Source: Marsupella aquatica (taxonomy: Eukaryota; Plantae; Marchantiophyta). From it: a stretch of DNA of 64,000 nt. The translations under genes and the position numbers were made by a program. The notes under the pieces were generated by a model. It had not been told where the DNA came from. It was given only the letters and a program-made list of their open reading frames with translations, and searched no databases. The stretch spans positions 124,001 through 188,000 of the forward strand of contig OZ316894.1 in NCBI GenBank assembly GCA_973895155.1, in the 5' to 3' direction. Below are positions 24,831 to 35,543 of this stretch, in pieces (position 1 is the first letter of the stretch; each line of letters begins with the position of its first letter).

Positions 24831-25735
24831 AGCCAAAATCTATTTATTACCACAAAAATCTTTACTTTTATATTTTCACATAAAACCAAGCTATTCTCCA
24901 TATACTCTAATTTTCTTACGACATTCACCCCCACTAAATCTGTGCATCCTCCGGTCTGCACCAACCTTCATTTTCTTCATCTTCCTCCAAATTATTGTCT
25001 AGCACCTCATTTCCTCCAAACCCACTCCTTTGTTTGAAAAGCTTGACTCGCTTGCCTGCATAAGGTGTACGATGCTCTGCTCCATCCAACTCTCGAAACT
25101 ATAAGTCGCATTATCATGAACCTTAGTCATCACATAAGGTCCTCCCCATCTCCTTTAAAACTTCTTAAGTGCCGAATGTTGATTATTCAAACTATTATTT
25201 GAAATCAACACCCAATCACCTTCTTGGATGGGAATTGGTCGGCGTCAATGGGTTTGGGTATAACCACCGTGCTAGCAAATAGTAAATAGGTATTCTCATA
25301 CGAGCCAATTTTGCCTCGTACAAGCAAAATTTTGTCTCGTACGAGTAAACAAGTTCTTCGTATGAGCATATCTATTTACTCGTACGAGTTTCTATTTTCT
25401 TGTATGAGTTTATGTTTTCTTGTATGAGTATTTTTTTCTTGTATGCATTTTAGTTTCTTCTCTTCACGATATGTAGCGTCCATATATGCAATAATTGTGC
25501 GGAAAATATTATGGTGGGTCCCACCATTGTACAACATCAAAGGAAATTTCTTGACGATTTCACACAAGGACTCCAATATATTGCCACGAAATATGAAGTC
25601 GAAACAAAGTCATACCATACTAGCGCCCGACGCTAGTATTGTATTATATAAAAAAACAACACTTTAAGAACTCACACTTCTGCCCGTTAGAAAAGACAAA
25701 CTACAATTGTAGTTGTTCAACGATAAAGCAACAGT

Positions 25736-26918
25736 CTACGTTCTCGTTCCCAACTGCCTATCAAGTATGTAACGGACTTCTCCCAACGTTAGAATTGGCT
25801 GGCTACATAATGTCGAATCGAGCACATCCAGTTTGAACACATTCTTGAACACCCAATACACATGTTTGCAAGGCATGTAAGGCTTCCGATAAGTATGCCG
25901 ACGGTAGAAATCCTCACAAGAGCAACATGGGAAACAACATATCTGAACCCAATAAGAGGCGACTGATATCTCATGTTCATGGGTCTGGATACAAAACTAT
26001 TTCCCCGACGCATTTCCACTCGTGATCTCTCTCTCTCCAATGACGCTCATCACTTCTTTTTCAGAGGCTTCAATTCTCTTCAAATGTGTTTGGGTAAGAT
26101 GCACTCTTTGCAAGCATTTCTTCCCGTTCCTTGAAGCGCACCTCACAGATGGGTCAGTTAGGTTGATCCTCTCCGGGAAAAGATTGACATCAATCCGTAA
26201 CGCAGAAGGCAACGGTGCTTCGATTTCATCTCCACGGCCTTCGGAGAGAATAAGTCCTTGTTCTTTCAAAAATTGAATCTCTGCTCCACAAAGATTGGTC
26301 CCTCTGGCAATTGGGAGATGTGAAGGAACATTGGGAATGTTTGAGACTCCTCTCCTTGTTGTGCTTCGGTGACAGTGGTTGTTGGGGCAAAACCATATCT
26401 GATCGTTATAAGGTTGCCCCCTAAACATTCTGCATCCTCTCACGAAAATTGCAACAACACCATCTGGATTCGGAAGGCCAACCTTCTTTACTCGATTTCG
26501 ACATTCATCACGACTACCTCCCCGTCCAAGGGTTCCGTTACACACTGGACCCGCACCCCGTTTTGAGGTCCGACGCAACTGCCAGGCATCGGGAGGTACT
26601 TCACTTTCCATTGGGGAAACTGAATGACAATATGCAGTCTTGACAGGTCTTGCAGGCGTCACTGGTGGGACAGAGGATCTTGTTGCTCGACGCGTAGGTG
26701 TGTCAATGACCACAACTTCCTCAGAAGCATCGCTTTCTGACAAATTATGGACCGCATCAATTCCACCGGCTGAAGGCATAGAAGGCATTTTCTCGAAGTC
26801 AGTGGAATGCAGGTTTCTCCTTTTCAAACCTTTTGTATTTGGTGAAGTAACAAGGATGGTATCATGCTTATGCGAGTCTTCTGCCGAGACGTTCCCAGTT
26901 GCATGTCCTTTTCATTTC
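25736..26918 (-). pseudogene. MULE transposase, C-terminal part with SWIM zinc finger
   Basis: Continues in frame from 38851 once 26919-38850 is removed. Reading through the TAG at 25997 gives YWVQICCFPCCSCEDF...MPCKHVYWV. Confidence 0.8.
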
Positions 26919-27323
26919 ATCAGCCTATTCATTAAAAGTGTATTTTCTTTTGTTCACAAATCAGTCTTGAAATGTACACTTTCATGTCCCCAAATGTACA
27001 CTTTAAGAAACCCAAATATACACTTTTTGGTCTCTAAATGTACACTTTATAGGCCAAATTATATTAGTATTATATTAATAAATAATACATATTATATCAT
27101 TTATTGATTCACAAAGAATAATAGGATAGAGATCATTATTTATGAATTCACAAAGAATAGTAGGATAGAGATCATACTTATAAAAACATTTCAGCACAAA
27201 TAAACCCTTGAATATGTGTGAACAAAATGACATAACTCCAAATAAATTATAAAATAATATACAATTATCTCCAAATTTACAATGTATTTCTTCTATCTAA
27301 GGGGCTTAACATGAGTCATATCT

Positions 27324-28360
27324 CTAAACAAAGTGCTCCTTACAATGTGTATTTGAGCACGTGCCCCTGTCTCCTTTACTATCTACCCTAGTGTCACGGT
27401 TGCAAGTCCCTTTATCTTCAGGGAGCTGAAACTTGGTGGTGTTGTTCCTAATGGCTATAATCTCCCGCAAAAAGTGTCTGGGATTTTCTCTATGCGGACC
27501 TGAATAGTCCCTTCCTACAAATGCTTTAGCAAGTGACGTGACAAGTGCATCGTCAAGTTCTGCCTCATGACGTAAACTACATATACGATGCTTCACGTTC
27601 CAAGGAATCTCATTGCTATTGAGGTCCCACACACTATGCGTAAACTGTGACTTCCAAATTTTTGTTGCACATCTCTTACTAAGTTGATCATAAGTAATTT
27701 CATTTTTTACCTTGTCTCTTTTTATGTGCAATAGAGACCACAGTGGAGAGTTAAGAAGAAGATAACATCTAATGTCACTTGCATGGGATAGTTTCTCAAG
27801 ACAAGGCCAAAGAATTGTTAGAAGAAAATTATCTCCACCACTGGCATGCGTGTAGGGCACTGGAAATAGTCCGGTCATGCTTGGGTTGGCAAATGCCTTA
27901 AGGGGGGAGTCATCCACAAGGAGGGTGTTGGTTTCATCATATAGATTTCCAAATCCACTCCATACCACCCGAAAATCCTTCAGTAGCACATTTGTCTTTC
28001 CGTTTGTAATGTCACGCCTTTGAATGCCTGTGTCAAAGGCTTCCACCTATGTGAATACAAACTTAAGTTTCAACCACTCCTCAGCAGTGAACATCATGTT
28101 CAGCATTTTCACTGTTCGATGTACCCCAGCAATGTCCAAATTGCAACGTCAAATCGGTCAAAAACCAACTTTAGAAACTCATGGAGCCCTGGCCTTTCTG
28201 TGTACATGCGACTAATTCCATTTTTTCTATCCCAATGCACTCCACCTGGGGTCACAACATTTCTGGATTTGCCCTTGCTTTGGAATTCAACTGAATCCCA
28301 AAGTATTTTGTTAAGATCCAAAATCAGCAATTTGCGCTTGATGGAACAAGGTCTTGGTTC
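27324..28360 (-). pseudogene. FCP1/NIF-like HAD phosphatase (cargo), frameshifted
   Basis: KLLILDLNKILW..RPGLHEFLKLVFDRFDVAIWT..LLKDFRVVW..YDETNTLLVDDSPLKAFANP. Confidence 0.8.
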
Positions 28361-28611
28361 TGCAAGTGCAACAAATACCAATCTTAGAGAAAAAACCACA
28401 TTTGAAGTTTGGATAGAGATCATCTCTATCAATCCAACACAAGTGGCCAACCACAAAGAAAATATATCTGCATACTGATCATATTCATTGAGAAACCGTA
28501 AAGAGGAGATGGATATTGATACTGATGCTCTAATTGTTAAACTTGAAGTATAATTATACAGACTATATTATATCAAATTGATAAGGTCACATCGCTCAAT
28601 CTAGACCTTGG

Positions 28612-31600
28612 CTAACAATGGGATCCATATTCATCAATCAAGATATCATCACCGAGCTCTTGTTGGATCTCATAATTGACATCGGAGGTACTCTCCTCTA
28701 TCCAATAAGGTGCAGACCAAACCGGAGTTATCAATCCCAATTCTCCACTTCTATAAGTTGGATCTTTCTTGTGCTTTTTGTACGAGTCATTGTTCAAAAT
28801 TGATTGAGCAGCATCCAACGCAACTTCAGTTCCTACATCGGGTCCACTTTTCCACACATAACATCGACAATCATATTCAAGTGACTTATATCCAGTTGAT
28901 CCTACTCTCTTCCCTTTCTTTTTTGAGAGTGGAAGGATAACGGGACTTCTTGATTGTGATCGAACAAACACCAATTTGTCATCAGAAGCGGAAAAGAGTG
29001 TATCGGGACAAATTGAAGCACCTGCCTGGTTGTCAGCAGTCGTGGATGCACTTGCTTCATTCACAGGAATGTCAGCTATTTGGATGGGCTGTGGTCTCAA
29101 TCCCAATGTGTCGAGTTCATTGGACTCACCATGCCTCTCCGCACCTTGATTGAGAAGGTTGTTTGAAGAAAGTTTTTCAAAAGTATCAACTTCCATCTCT
29201 TGTCCAGGCACTTGTGGATGGAGACCATCTCTATCCAAGTTATCATCATATTGGCCCTCGTTGGGGCCCATGGGGGCAACATCTGTAATTGGTGAACTGC
29301 AAGGTGCAGATCCAACAATCATATCATCTTCCACAAGGTCAATATTTTCACCCTCGCCAACTTGGTCATCCAAATTCTTCACGTATGCCCCCTCCAATGG
29401 CCCATTGTCTTTGACTGATTGGTCAGCTCCATCTTCTTGATCACCATCTGATTCATCCTCAATAGCAACAGCGGCAGAAGAGGGTTCCCAATGTCTAGAA
29501 CTTCCACCGACATAGCGATCATAACGATCTTTGATGGTGGGAACCTTCTCACAAAGGTACAAAGCGTATGCTTCCACAAAATATCTCTCATGTTGAGAGT
29601 CACAATAAACAAAACATTCACGTTGAGAAAAAAGGGATGCCTTCATCACTTGACCGCTAGAGAAAAAGTCAAGAATCAAATCCCCCGGCTCGGACAGTGT
29701 TTGGATGATCTTTTGGATCATCCGTGTGGGTTTGGCGTGAGGATTCACCCACCCACCCCGAGCGCCGACAGTCTCAAATCGAGGTGCCATGTGCAGAAGG
29801 ATTGCCGCCTCTTCTGGGGTCATCATATTTTTTAGATCTTCATGCAATGACTCCTCGTCCGCGTCCTTGGCCTTTCCCTTTCCCTTGACCTTCTCAACCA
29901 CGAAATCAGTATCCTTTTCACCGTACACCCATTTTGGCTTCATTTGGTTGGGCTTGAACACTTCATCCCAGCTGACGTTCTCCTCGCGAGAAATTCCGGC
30001 AAAGATAACTTCTTCTATTCCTCCCTTCCAACATGAGTCCTGAGGGTGAGGTTGATCATCTCGGTAATAACTCCCATACTCAATGTGAATACTCAGAGTT
30101 TTTGAATGTCCTAATTTACGAAGAGCGCTTAGGACATTCAGTACAAGATAACCCGGATGGACAGTTATCATCACAACAATGGTAGGATTCCGTGGTAGCT
30201 CTACTATATATTGGAAGAGGACCAAAATCTCTACTTCAGTCCACTCTTTTTGTTGAAGTCCGCTGAAATCAACAATTGCAAGAGGGCATGTTGGAGATTG
30301 TTCTTCCAACGACTCCGGATCCACAGTCTTCATTAGGTTGTTACTAAAAAATATGACCCACGGCTGGGTCCGAGAACTTGTCCCACCGCCAAACTTTTGA
30401 CAGTAAATATCATCTAGACGCATCACCAATATCATTGGCAATATCTCACTCTCCTTTGTATGATTCAATTTCAACAAATTTGTCAACCATACATCGCCAG
30501 CTGCTCTTCGGCACCTGTTCAACTCCAAATCTGGACCCAATAATGGGAGGACTTCAATCACTTTAGCCCAATCAGTATCTGCTGGAAAGTGTTTTGGATC
30601 CTTCTTGAAGTAGTAATCTCCAATAAGAGACTTCAATTTGATCAATATCTTCACCTCCTTTGCAAACTCCTCCATCGCTGGAACATCTGACTTATTAGTC
30701 GGATCTTTCTTCAATAAAATCTGACCCGACTTCACCTTGTTCAAAATTCTGGTCAAATCTCTATTTGAGATTTCACCATCAAAACAACGAAACATGGCGA
30801 CGGTTATCGCCTTTTTGGACCTTTTGTTTCCCTGTGTACCAGCTCCATCAGGAAGATCTCCATCAATCCACATCTGGCACACTAACCGCCATATTTCGAA
30901 AAGATCATTCTCGGCAAAAAGTAACCAGTATACATTTTTCAAGTCTTTTCTCCCCATGGTCATCCTTGCCAATGCCAGATAATCCTACAGTCAAAAATTC
31001 GGGAGAATGTTGTAAGTTATCTACAATCAATGAGATTTGACAACACACAATCGCTTGCTTGGACAGAGACCATCTCTGTCCAAGCCATAACCAAAAGTAG
31101 AATGAAGTAAAATCTACAGAATGGAAGGTCTCACTCTTGGACAGAGACCATCTCCATCCAAGTCATAACCCAAAATATATTGAGCAAAAATCAACGTAAT
31201 TGAAGGTCACACTCTTGGACAAAGACCATCTCTGTCCAAACAAGAACTCACCTGAAATTTCTGATTGTCTTGGGCGTTTGATTTGTTGTCCCCGTGGTTT
31301 GGCTTTCTTGGTCTTCCAGTTTCAAGGAATTGTTTTCTTGCATGAACAATTGTATCTTTGAAGCACGATTGAAACACCATCGAAGAATTGATGGCATTTG
31401 ATCTCATTGAGTGCTCAACCAGTATAGCCGATGGCGTAAGGTCTAACAATAATCTAGCCTTCCTATATTTTAACTTTTTTGCCAAAACTGTGAGCTTGGC
31501 ATCAGTTTCGGCCCACTCAATAACCCATTTGGCCGCCCTAGCAAAATGTTGCCCACTGACGGCCAGGAAAACAATCTCGCCTTTCTTCACTCCTGCAAGA

Positions 31601-32711
31601 AGGTCTTTGCGGTCGTTCTCCGTGCTGTTAAAATGAAGCAGCTTTCTAAGCTTCGGATTGTAAGGAAGAAGGTCCGCAACGTGAGGTTCATGTCCAGGGT
31701 TTTTCACCATGGATTCGGCTATGTGCTTCACATGGGCACTGTTGAGCATCCTGTAACATAACCTTGCCGGAGCAGGATAAATTTTCTCCACTGGAATAGA
31801 AAATATTTCATTTATCCCAAAAGTATAGTACTGCTCTATTCTTTGGAGAACATCATTCCCTTCTAAAACCTTCTTCTCCTTCGGGGCATCAAGTTTGTCT
31901 CCCTCATCCTCTGGGAGCATCTGTACGTCCGTTGGAGTTGACCGCGCAATAGTCTTGTCAGTTTTCTATTTCTTCTTTACTGGCTTCTTCTCGGGTTCCT
32001 TCGGCAGTGTCTCAGTTTTCTCGCGCTCCTTCCTCTCTCTTTGTCTTCGCTTCCCTACCACTTGTTTGGAGGCTGTCCCGGCCGTTGTTCCTGCAGTCCC
32101 GGTTGTTGTCTCCTGAGATATTTTTCTAGGCTTCGGAACTTCTTTGTTAACAACTACTGGAGGCTTGTTCACCACTACTGGTGCAACATTTGTAGGCTTG
32201 GTCACCACTACTGGTGCAACACTTGTAGGCTTGGGTAATGATTCTATCCACTTTTCGCATTATCCATTGCAAACTCCTCTGCAAATGCAATTTGCTTGTC
32301 AAGGAAAACACCTGATTCCAAAGATAGGAATCCTGCCTTGTCAAGCAAATTATTTAAAATCCATGTCACCGGAAATGTATAATTCCCTTGGTGTTTATGC
32401 ATATTCAGCTTCACATATTGAAACCCATACATGATGTCAAGTGGAAGAATCCCCTTCACTCCAGCAGTCACCTTTTGAGTTGAATACGACTTAGGGAAAA
32501 AGCCCATTGCCAACACGCCAAGTTCTCCAGCTGTAGACCACTCAACATTGAATTCTGAAGAATACACCTTTGATGGTAGATGTAGTTTAACCCATCGTAT
32601 CCTTTCATGGAGCTCAAGAATGACGGAAACAAACCCTCTTCCTTCAATTCCAATGAAGACTACAAGTCCGAGTACAAGAGTCTCCTGGTCTGCGGTTTGA
32701 CCTTTATGCAC
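28612..32711 (-). pseudogene. ParB/Srx-like domain plus N4C/N6A DNA methyltransferase-like protein (cargo of the TIR element), spliced
   Basis: ParB-like: IPVEKIYPAP..RMLNSAHVKHIAESM..LAVSGQH. GT-AG intron 30985-31251 joins KFQ|DYLAL in frame. MTase-like: HAKPTRMIQKIIQTLSEPGDLILDFFSSG. In-frame TAG at 31966; the 5' end is degraded. Confidence 0.7.
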
Positions 32712-32928
32712 AAAATGGGATCCCGTCTCGTTGACGTGCTAAGGAAATCAAAATCAACTCTGGAGAACTCAAGGCCCCAACGAAAACCTTCTCTGCTCTG
32801 CTCCAACAAGACTCCCTCGGAGCAATCTGCGTCTGAAATCTATGGTTTCAATGCATTTAGATAGCTCCCTGCAACAGTCCCATCTAGGCATATTAGTTTG
32901 GAAATCTTACTTTTGTAATTGACAAAAA

Positions 32929-34940
32929 TTGGACAGGGATCATCTCTATCCTCTACTTGGACAGGGATCATCTCTGTCCAATTTGTAATAAAGATCATCT
33001 CTGTTCGATGAGAGGATACTGACGATCATTATTACAAATTGGACAGGGATCATCTCTATCCTCTACTTGGACAGGGATCATCTCTATCCAATTCCTAATA
33101 AAGGTCCTCAGCATCGTCTGATAGGACATCCTCTGTCGTCAGTTTGGAAATAAATGATATCTATGCAATTGGACAGGGATGATCTCCATCCATTTGGATA
33201 GAGATCATCTCTGTCCAATTCCTAATAAAGATCACTATCTTCTATTTGGACTCTACTTGGACAGGGATCATCTCTGTCCACCACACAAATATTCAACTTG
33301 TTACTGGGATACTCACTTGGATTGAGCGATTGAAAGGCTCTGGAATCCTCGAGGGCCGTCTCTACCACGTCCTCAATGGATGAGAGGTCTGTCTCCTCTG
33401 TTGGCTCACTGACGAGACACACTGGAATAGGTCTGGATGGCTCCATCGTGTGACACGTGGCCTTATGGACACGTGGAGGATTGCAGAGTGTTAGATCTAG
33501 GGCAATTAACGTGGCGGCTATGGGGATAAACTTTAGTGCGGAGGCAGAGTGAAGGAGTGCGGAGGTGTCGGAGCGAAGGAGATTGGAAGCGAATGAGGCG
33601 GAGGAGCGAGCGAAGGAGCGCAAGAGCAGGAGTGGAGAAGAGGAGGAGCGGACGGAGGAGGGAGGAGAGCGAGCGAGGAGCGAGGAGGGAATGAAGAATG
33701 AGGCCCAAGTGGGACCTCCTGCCTCCTTTACCCCCCCCGAGGCGAGGCAAGGCACATTGAACACGTGGGAGGCCGAGGCGAGTGGAAAACCCTAAATGCA
33801 CGGCTGCCTTAAAGTGCGCCGGCCGACCTAATCCACTTGCCCGACCTAATCCACTCGCCGTTGCTTAAGGCTAATCACGCATCGCCTTATCCATAAGGGC
33901 GATCTTCAACAACTGGTATAAGATACTTGGGGTTGTCCGGCTGGTCCTCATTTGGTATTTTCATTTCTAGATTTTTGTTCAGTTCCTCAACCAGGTCCGT
34001 TCATTACGGAGCCCCATTGAGACACTCTTGTTTTCCAGACAGAACATCTAGTTTTAATTTCTTCCACACCCCTGAAGCATTTAGTTTACCAGGTTACTGA
34101 TAACTACCCCTTCAACACAGTATTTTAATCCTTGGTTTGACAACATAAACTAAATTGAGTTTTGGGTTCAAGAATCATTTCCATTATAGGTAACTTTAAA
34201 CCTAATTATAGAATTGTAGCATATTCCATTGATATCCGCAAATTTAGGAATTACTATATCTAAGTTAAGGTTGAAGTGAAAAAATCCCAGCCCAACTCAC
34301 GATTGGGATCATCTCAATCCAACCGTTCTTTGCTCAAACATTTAATTAGTGTGTAGAGTCAATTATCCGTACAGGGGTCATCCCTGTTTGCTATCTGGAT
34401 AGGGATCATCTCTATCTGCTGTTTGGATAGGGATGATCCCTGTCCACCGTAGAGGACTGTAGAGGACCATATGAACTATAGCACTTTATTGGATCCTCTA
34501 CAGTTTGGATCCTCTGGTTGGATAATGATCCGTATTCGCCGTTTGGATGGGAATGATCCCTGTCCGCCATTTGGATAGGGATGATCCCTCTCCACCGTTT
34601 GGATAGGGATGGTCCTTGTCCGCCGTTTTGATAGGGATGATCCCTGTCTACCCTTTCAATAGGGATCCGTGTCCGTGGTCGTTCTCCGGATGATCCCTGT
34701 CCGCCGTTTGAGGTATTTGCTTGATTGGACCCCAATATGAAAAGTTTCCTTGAATCATCCCTGTCCGTTGTTTGGACAGGGAATAGACCCGATCCACCAT
34801 GTGGACAAGGATCAGGCGTGTCCGCCTTTTGGACAGTGACAGACACTATCCGCCGTTTAGGCAGGGATGATCCTTGTTCGCCGTTTGGACACTGACAGAC
34901 CCTATCCGTCGTTTGGACAGGGATCATCCCTATCCGACGT
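32929..34940. repeat. Clusters of the palindromic motif TGGAYAGRGATSATCYCTRTCCA
   Basis: Many full or partial copies at 32929-33280 and 34367-34940; further copies at 28410, 31059, 31137, 31215 and 35513. Confidence 0.9.
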
Positions 34941-34967
34941 CTTGGAGTTGTTTTCAATACAAATCCA

Positions 34968-35543
34968 ATGGAAAGGTGTCACAACATTTTACTTGGTGAA
35001 TCACGGATCAGTGTGAGGGTAACTGATGTCATTCATGGGAGTAGGGTTTTACCTTACAAACACAGTGGGGCTGAAACAATTGACGAGGCAAAAGACTCAT
35101 GGGTTCTCTGGGACGTGGCAGATGTCCGAAGTAGAAAGAGTTTCTCAAAGAAGGATGCGGGTGATGATATCAACATAGAGCGGAGTTTTGTTGTGGAGTC
35201 TCCCTCAGCTGAAATTTCTAAAACTAATTGTGACTATTTCCAACGGTCAAATTGGATGTCAGAGTTGGTCGAACTATACATCGGTTCAGATCGAACCAAT
35301 AGGGTTGCCACAGGGACCATCATTGTGCCTCAAGAAACGGCGATGGTTGACGATGAAATCCTTGGTGAGGACCATGTAGGGATTGCTGTGAAAGATGTGG
35401 TGGAATCACAATACTTTCCCAATTTCGGTGGCGGATTGATTCAACAAAACTACTTGCAAACGGGAAATTTTTGTCGGACATTTTGGTTGAAGGTTCAGAG
35501 AGGATGGAGACGGTGGATAGGGATGATCTCTATCCAAATGTAA
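34968..35543 (+). CDS. Tnp1/En-Spm-like domain(s), probably the frameshifted N-terminus of the transposase
   Basis: HNILLGESRISVRVTDV..LPY..TIDEAKDSWVLW parallels the CACTA domain at 17998-18279. A second partial copy reads VATGTI..LGEDHVGIAVKDV. Confidence 0.5.
   Translation: MERCHNILLGESRISVRVTDVIHGSRVLPYKHSGAETIDEAKDSWVLWDVADVRSRKSFSKKDAGDDINIERSFVVESPSAEISKTNCDYFQRSNWMSELVELYIGSDRTNRVATGTIIVPQETAMVDDEILGEDHVGIAVKDVVESQYFPNFGGGLIQQNYLQTGNFCRTFWLKVQRGWRRWIGMISIQM

Noticed and set aside
25440-25560. MULE left TIR pairing with about 50690-50730
   Set aside because: Only a short AATATTTTC match; no convincing inverted repeat or TSD.
33565-33795. Glu/Arg-rich ORF
   Set aside because: GA-rich low-complexity sequence in the probable divergent promoter/UTR region.
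32929-34940. CRISPR-like array of palindromic repeats
   Set aside because: Repeats are degenerate and irregularly spaced, the spacers are short or mutually related, there are no cas genes, and the context is a eukaryotic TE.
34412-34957. 181-aa minus-strand ORF
   Set aside because: It is a translation of the palindromic repeat cluster (recurring DRD/IPIQ) and has no domain.
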